Assembly (NCBI RefSeq): GCF_009914755.1
Contig: NC_060945.1
Direction: 5' to 3' (one strand)
DNA length: 64,000 nucleotides
DNA from: the human T2T-CHM13v2.0 reference genome, Homo sapiens
In this document: piece after piece, positions 56,408-64,000 of the stretch
How positions within the stretch are numbered: position 1 is the stretch's first letter
Layout: each line of letters opens with the position of its first letter
The notes under the pieces: model-generated
The model's database searches: none
What the model was told of the DNA's origin: nothing
What the model saw: only the letters and a program-made list of their open reading frames with translations
Program-made: the position numbers and the translations under genes

Positions 56408-56850
56408 TTTCCAGAAAAATCATCTAAATGAGACTCAAACTCAGCTTTAAGGATGTTTGTCCACATAGGATGTGCTGTCATCTATAATCTGAGTCTCCCT
56501 TATCAATATTCCATAAAAGTCCAGGAAAATCTAACATCTCATTAAAAGATGCAGAATGCTATGGATGTAATACTAGGGTAAAACACTTAAAAATAGTGGA
56601 TGAATTAAAGTTCACATGGCTAAAATAATGTTCTGTTTCTTTGTATCCCTTCTTTATGTTCAATATTATTTTTTAAAATATGTAAACAAAACATAATTTC
56701 AAAATATGGTCTTAATTTCTCACTCAAAATTCACTGAAATCTGAGACCAGATGGTAATGCATACGTTTACATGTGAACAAAGCTTTTCTGGAAAGTGCAT
56801 GTGATGAAAAACTGTGGTTTTGGGAACCCTAGTGTGTGTTCACCAGAGTG

Positions 56851-57287
56851 CAGTAGTCACCCCATTCTCTGCAGTTTCACCTTGTGTGGTTTCAGATAAC
56901 TGTGGTCAACCATGGTCCAAAAATATTACATGGAACATTCCAGAAATAAACAATTCATGTTTTAAATTGTATGCCTTCTGGGTAGCATGATGAAATTTTG
57001 TGCTACCCCACTCTGTCCTGCCTAGGACACGGATCATCCCTTTCTCCAGAGTAGCCACACTGTAGGCGCTCCCTGCCCTTTAGTAGCCACCTGGGTTATC
57101 ACACAGACTGTCATGGTGGTGCAATAATCCATAAAGTGATTCCTTTAAGTTAAAAGGTGAAACTTTACCATAGGTCTGTTTGTATGTGTAGGAAAAAAAG
57201 TATCTCTACTGTCCAGTACTATTCAGAATTTTCGGCATCCTCTGGGGGTCTTAGAATGTGTATCCTGCAAATAAGGGGAGACTAATG
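56851..57287 (+). mobile_element. MER44-family TcMar-Tigger element
   Basis: TIRs cagtagtcacccc / ggggagactaatg; aacattccagaaataaacaattcat. Confidence 0.88.
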
Positions 57288-57614
57288 TGTTTAGTAATTT
57301 TTTGTTACGGTTGAATAATTCATTTTTCAAGTTGTTCTTACAGATTTCCTACTGCCATGTGGAGGTGGATAAATTTCAATATAGCAATGAAGACAATTTG
57401 TCACAGCCTTGATTGGATTGCTATGATTAACCAATATTTAGTGAATTATAAAAGTAGGTTTGTGATAATCTATAATAAAAATAGGAAGAATTTAATGACA
57501 AGTATAATCATGATAATATCTTGCATGATTTTTAATATTATACCTATAGCAGCAGAGTTATATGAGAAGCCATAAATTGGATTCATTATAATTTTCCTCC
57601 ATAACCTGTAAAAT

Positions 57615-57906
57615 TGAGGGACAGCTGCCTATTAGCTGTGCATCTGTCAGTGCTGTATCATTTTGGTCTCTACGAATATAAAATCCACTGAAATTTTGAG
57701 ACCTTTTATTTAGTAGCTCAATTATGACACTGAAAGAATGAAATGAATTGAAAATGAACAAAGAGGAGATAGAATACCATAGTAGCTAAGAACTTATATT
57801 TTTGGAAGAGATAAAATTAGATTTAAATTCCGACTTGCCCACTTTCTGGTTAATTATCATCTTTGGGTTTCATTGTTATCCACAATGTATTATAAACATA
57901 TATATA
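57615..57906 (+). repeat. Direct repeat, copy 2 (292 bp)
   Basis: See copy 1. Confidence 0.97.
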
Positions 57907-59049
57907 GTAGTGAATACTAAATAATATGTCATGTATATCATACTTTACTCATTGCCTTACATAAATTATATGAAAATTCACATGTATATTTATTTACATA
58001 TAAGTATATAATTATTAAAAAGATTTTCTTCCTATAGTATTCATTATCAAATGCTGTTATTTTAATAAATAGCCAGTTCTCTTAAAATTACACATGCAAA
58101 AATTATTGTTGAAAAAACTACTCAAATAGAAAGCTGTTGTTTATTTGGGGCCATCATCATCTTCATTCAGTTATACCAAGTGTATCAAAATTAAACCAAA
58201 TTATAAAAGAAATTTAATTTTAAAAGGAAAATATCAGGGGCCATGCTTGAGTTTATTTTTTGAACCTTTTATATTTACTTCACCATACAATATTAAAGTT
58301 CATATTACTATATCTCCAATTCAGTGCAAAATAAATGCATGCCTGCTGGAACATATCAAATTACTTTCACTGTGTTTGTAATTGTACGTTATAATGTTCA
58401 CTTAAGCAGACTACCTGACTAATCATAAAAGTTTACTCCAAAATGTTCTAGATTAATGGAGATTTTGCCATATATCTCACAGCTTAGTTTGAGAGGTTAC
58501 AGCATATACTTAATCACTGATAATTTTCTAAATTTTTTATTGTGAAATGTGCAGTGTTGAAAGTTCTCAGTTCTTGTGACTTGTTTTCGAATCGTTCATT
58601 TCTAATTTATGTAAGTAGCTTTTTTTTTAACCAGCAATTTCATAAAGTAGAAGAGGTTATACTAACGCTGCTTTGAACAACAATTTTAATGTTGTTATCG
58701 TTAGGTGCTCATTATTTTTCCTGCTTTTACTATCAATAAATATATATCAGTGAGAGCTTTTCTCATGGGAATCCAGAAATGAACTCTCCAGTAAGTGTAA
58801 GAGGGAGATAGGCACATCCTCATCAAATCTTCATAGATTAACACCTTGAAGCAAGATGATAATATGACTAATTTCCTGTATCCAATACGTTTTGCCTCTG
58901 CAGTTGCACATGACAAGTCCTGCACAGCTTAATGAATACTTCTCTGGAAATATGGGACTCCAGGCTTCTCGCGTCCATTTATTGCACCTAGGTTTCTCCA
59001 TCCTTTTACATCCAAACGATGTGCCAATGTGCTCCTCTTTTATTCATTG

Positions 59050-59485
59050 TTATTAATTTCATTGCCACATACTCATTGTCCAAACTTATGAGATATGGTA
59101 GGATATTTCATTACATATGTACAATGTACAATGATCAGATTAGGGAAATTAGCAAATCCATCACCTCAAACAGTTGTCACTTCTTTGTGTTGAGAACATC
59201 CCAAACCCTCTCTTCTAGCTATCTACAAATATGCAATAAATTGTTAGTAATATAGTCACCTTACAGTGCCACAGAACCTTAAAAATTTTTCCTTCCATCT
59301 AGTTGCAATTGTGTATATGTGAACCAACCTTTCCCTATCTCCCCCTCCTGTTACCCTTTCCAGTCTTTTAGTAACCACTATTCTACTCCTTCCTTCTTTG
59401 AGATCAACTTTAATAGCTTCCACATATGAGTAAGTATATGCAGTATTTATCTTTCTATGGCTGGTTTACTTCACTTAACATAATA
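59050..59485 (-). mobile_element. L1MA-type 3' end
   Basis: aatgatcagattagggaaattagcaaatccatcacctcaaaca; gcttccacatatgagt. Confidence 0.82.
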
Positions 59486-59487
59486 AA

Positions 59488-60590
59488 ATGTTTCTACAGA
59501 TTTGCCTATTCTGGATGCTTTATTCAAATAGAATGATATAATATGTGGTCTTTCATGACTAACTTTTTTCATTCTGTATAATTTCATCATTTTGTAAGAG
59601 TCATCCATGCTCTAGCATGTTTACACACTTGATTGCACTTGATTGTTTTTATTGCTAAATAATATTACACTGTATGTATATCTAGAAATGGAATTGATAG
59701 GTCATATTACAGATCTATGTTTAACCTATTGAGGAAATGACAAATTCTTCCACATAAGCCAAACTGTTTTACATTTTCACCAGCAATGTATGAGAATTTC
59801 CATTTTCTAACTTCCTCACCAACACTTGTTATTGTCTGGCATGTTGGATATAGTCAGCCTAATAAGTATGAAGTGATATTTCACTGTGGTTTTGATTTGC
59901 ATTCCCTGATGGCTAATGTTGTTGAAAATTCTTTTATGTGTTTTGGGGCATTTCTATGTCTTCTGTATGTGAATATCTATTTATATTAATTGTTCATTTT
60001 TAACTGAGTTTTGTATTTTTATTTGTTTTCTATTGTTTTAAGAATTCATTATAAATTCTGGATAAAAGTTAAGTAGTAGATTTATAATTCTTAAATATTT
60101 TCTGCAACTTAATTGATTGTCTTATTAATATTATCATTGACATTATTATACACACCATAAAAATTAATTGTAATGAAGTAAAATTTCTTCATTTTTCTGT
60201 TAAATGTATTTTTGCTGTAATAGCTGAAAATCTATTGCCTATGTATTCTTCTAAGGTTTTATAGATTTAGATCTTAAATTTATGCTATTTTATATTTTGA
60301 GTTAATTTCCATGTAAGCTCTGAGGGAAGACATTGTCTTGGCATCATTATAGAGAAACAATAATAGAGGAACAATTAACCATTGCTATCCGTAGAGTTAG
60401 TAGATTTTGTTTATCTTTACAAAGAAGCATCATTTGGTTTTGTAAAATTTCTCTATTTTTCTTTTACTGTTTTCAATTTCAAAATTTTAACTCTGTTCTT
60501 TATTATTTCCTTTTTACTACTTGATACATGCTCGGGTTGCTTTTCTGTTTATAGTGTCTTAAGGTAAAAGTTTAGGTTATTTTTTTCTTT
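59488..60590 (-). mobile_element. L1MB-type fragments
   Basis: gatttgcctattctgga; ctagaaatggaattg; cactgtggttttgatttgcattccctgatggctaatg. Confidence 0.78.
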
Positions 60591-61467
60591 TTTGATATAA
60601 TTCTTTTAATCCAAAAAGTATCTCAGAATGCATAACTTATGGTAAGAGAGCTAAGGGGCTAAGTCAACAAGAGTAGTTCTGCTTTCATATGATTTATGAA
60701 CTGATATTTAAGAAATATTTTGTTCGAAATACAGGCTCTGTGAGTGTGCCTGTGTGTATGGTTTAAAGCAAAATCCAAGTCTTATGGAGAAAGTTACTTG
60801 AAGCAAAGAATGTACAAAATACCAGGACAATTGTATTAAATTAATCATAATGTAGTATAAGATATGCAAAGGGTGCCAGGCATTGACTCTATCTACTTTA
60901 TAATCTTGCCCTTCAAACTTATAATAGTAACATTTTTATGCAACTTAAAGTTATTGGAATGCTTATTTAGGAACTCATGATTTAAAAACACACGTAAAAC
61001 AAGTAACAGAGAGCTACTAAACTCATGTCTCAAGAATAAATCGAGTGTGCATTTGATTAGGTGAGTCTCATCTTAAAATGCATTATTTTTATGTTTTTTT
61101 TCATTTTAACATTTCTTTTGTTTAAACCTAATATAAAAAATAATATCCTAAATTCTGGCCTTTAGTGAAGAATAGTACAATAAGATTTGTATACTTCTAG
61201 AGTGAGCTGGTTAAAAAAAAAAAAAAGGGAAATATGCTCTAATGAGTATTTAGCTGCTTATCAATTATAAAATGTCAGAGAAAATATATCTAGCATAAAT
61301 AAAGTTTTTGCTTCTAATTCTAGTAGTAAATATTACATCTAGAAATCTTAGAACACCTAAAAAATTTTGAGAAAAAAATAAATATCATTTATAAGTTGTA
61401 TTGGTCAATAGTAGTTAATATACTACTATTTTTTCTGTTATATATTTCTTTATTTTTGAATGGAATC

Positions 61468-62759
61468 TGATATAGTTTAGATTTGGGGCACTGCCTAGTG
61501 GAGCTGTGAGAGGAGGGCCACTGTCCTCCAGACTCCTTAAATCGTGCATCTGGAAAAGCCACAGACACTCAATGCCAGTCAGTAAAAGTAGTTGTAGGGA
61601 ATGTACCCTGCAGAGCCACAGAAACAGAGATGCCCAAGGCCTGAAGAGATAACCCTTTGCATCTGTGTGGCCTGGATATGGGACATGGAGTCAAAGAAGA
61701 TTATTTTGGAGCTTTATGATTTATTGACTACCATCCTGGATTTTGGACTTTCATGGGCCTTTGGGTCCTTTGTTTTGGCTGATTTCTCCCTTTCAGAATG
61801 AATGTATTTACCTAATGCCTGTACCCCTATTTTATCTTTTTTTTTTTTTTTTTTTTTTTGAGATGGAATCTCACTCTGTCGCTCAGGCTAGAGTGCAATG
61901 GCACGATCCTGGCTCAGTGCAACCTTCACATCCCAGAGCAATTGTTCAAGCAATTGTCCTTCAAGCAATTATCCTGCCTCAGCCTTCTGAGTAGCTGGGA
62001 CTACAAGCACTTGCCACTATGCTTGGCTAATTTTTGTATTTTTAGTAGAGACAGGGGATTCACCATGTTGGCCAGGCTGGTCTTGAACTCCTGACCTCAG
62101 GTGATCTGTCTGCCTCGGCTTCCCAGAGTGCTGAGATTACAGGTGTGAGTCACCACGCCTGGCCCACTATTGTATCTTGGAAGTAACTAACTTGTTTTTG
62201 ATTTTACAGACTCAGAGGCAGAAGGGACTTCCTTGTCTCAGATGAGACTTCTGACTACGGACTTTTGAGTTAATGGTGAAATGAGTTAAGACATGAGAGA
62301 CTGTTGAGAAGGGAGAATTCTATTTTGCAATATAAGAAAGACATGAGATTTGGGAGGGGCTGGGGCAGAGTGATATGCTTTGGATTTGTGTCCCCACCTA
62401 AATCTTACGTCAAATTGTAATACCCAGTGTAGGAAGAGGGGCCCAGTGGGAGGTGATCGGATCATCGGGGCAGATTTCCCTCTTGCTGTTCTCATGATAG
62501 TGAGTGAGTTATCACGATATCTGGTTGCTTGAAAGTGTGTAGCACCTTCAGCTTCACTCTCTTCCTCCTCTGCCCATGTAAGATGTGCCTTCTTCCCTTT
62601 TGCCTTCTGCCATGATTTTAAGTTTCCTGAAACTTCCTCAGACATGCTTCCTGTACAGACTGCAGAACTGAGTCAATTAAAACTCTTTTCTTTATAAATT
62701 ACCCATCTCAGGTAGGCCATTGCTAGGTCTTTAGAGCAATGTGAGAATGGACTAATACA
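61468..62759 (+). mobile_element. MSTA-type MaLR: ~18-nt 5'LTR stub, partial internal region, full 3'LTR (62371-62759)
   Basis: Perfect TSD gaatc (61463-61467, 62760-62764); internal motif ggggcactgcctagtggagctgtgaga. Confidence 0.9.
61837..62164 (-). mobile_element. AluSx-like element inside the MST internal region
   Basis: Full dimer; TSD ccctattttatc/cactattgtatc. Confidence 0.93.
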
Positions 62760-63590
62760 GAATCATACACGATAAGCTGTGTTAAGAGGTTTTTATTCAT
62801 AGAAGCATATATCTTGACCTAAGTTTAACATTTCTAATGATGAAAAGACATAAGGGCATTACGGTGGAAATGTCCTCTTTATACCGTCTTATTGCACTTG
62901 CCATAACAGATATCAGCATCCTTAACACAGGAGGGAGGAAGCTTTCCCTCCATGCTTCAGAGTATGTTTTTAACTTAAATAAAAGGTAATTTCAATGAAA
63001 TAAGTTTACTGTGTAACTTTAGAATTGGATCTAAGGTGCACATGTGTTATTGTATTTCAGTGTTATTTATTGCAAGGAAATTAATAGTTGCGTTTTAGGT
63101 GGTAATTATTTTTCATTCTTGGGTTTTTATTTCTACTTGTATATTCAGTAGCATCCCTAAGCAAAATATTATAACACCAACAAAATATTTTTCATTAACA
63201 ATTTTTTGTTAGAATAATAATGAGGCAAGAACAAAGAAGCTATGTATAAATTAAAAAGAATAATAATATGTCAAGCATAATTTTTTTAAAAGGATTCAGT
63301 AAACCAAGTTTTAAAAGACTGTAGAGAAAAATGTGGGTAGTGGGACATATTATCCAATATATCCAGATGTGTAATTCATATAAGGAAAAAAGCTGAGATA
63401 CCTCTGAAGGATAATGATATCCAGTTTGCCATATATAAGTTCATAAGCTGTGTACTTTACAACTTAACCCCAGTTTTATAGTTTAACATTTTCTTTTTCT
63501 ACCCTATTCCGTGGGGACTGGATTCTCTAACTATTCATTAATTATCAACTCTACTAACAAGCAAAGCTTTTCAAAGTTTAGCTTGGTTCT

Positions 63591-63970
63591 TATAATAGTC
63601 TGTTCTTGTCTTGCTATAAAGAAATACCTAGACTGGGTAATTCATAAAGAAAATAGGTTTGATTGACTCATGATTCTGCAGGCTGTACAGGAAGCATAGT
63701 GACTTCTGTGACGGCCTCAGGAAACTTGCTCATGGCAGAAGGCAAACTGGGAGCAAGTATCTTACATGGCTGGAGCAGGAGAAAGAGAGAAAGGAGAGGG
63801 GCAAACACTTTTAAACAATCAGGTCTCGTGAGAACTTTATCATAAGAATAGCACCAAAGGGAGAAATCCACCCACGCGATCGAATCACCTCCCACCAGTC
63901 CCCACCTCCAACATTGGCGGGTTCAATTCAACATGAGATTTAGGCAGGGAAACAAATCCAAACCAAATCA
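63591..63970 (-). mobile_element. MSTA-type MaLR solo LTR
   Basis: ttgctataaagaaatacc...ttcaacatgagattt...caaaccaaatca; TSD gttct/gttcc. Confidence 0.9.
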
Positions 63971-64000
63971 GTTCCATTCAAAAACATAAAACAAGGTAAT

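Noticed and set aside
55770-57906. The 291-bp repeats as LTRs of a new retroelement
   Set aside because: No CA terminus, no shared TSD outside the pair, no PBS/PPT; the interior contains an older MER44 and an AluY.

Overview
This is AT-rich, non-coding primate (human-like) DNA, either gene desert or a deep intron. It is dominated by transposon fossils: about 13 Alu copies (J, S and Y), L1 fragments from ancient L1ME to an L1PA, eight MaLR LTR insertions (two retaining internal sequence), ERV1-type LTR pieces, DNA transposons (MER5, MER58, MER44, Tigger3), MIR/L2 and several microsatellites. I found no protein-coding exon, RNA gene or CRISPR array; every listed ORF is explained by repeats, low complexity or chance. 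I see no convincing new multi-gene system. The most unusual items are structural: (1) an Alu split into complementary, oppositely oriented halves around about 250 bp of foreign sequence, with twin-priming plus 5'-transduction geometry (46253-46820); (2) a 291-bp, ~94% identical spaced duplication whose first copy is bracketed by a 10-bp direct repeat (55770-56060 and 57615-57906); (3) two recursive-splice-site-like motifs (5535, 20018); (4) an L1PA retaining both ends but lacking its middle; (5) long homopurine/homopyrimidine tracts grown inside an Alu tail and a THE1 LTR. Subfamily names come from recalled consensus sequences and need RepeatMasker/Dfam confirmation.
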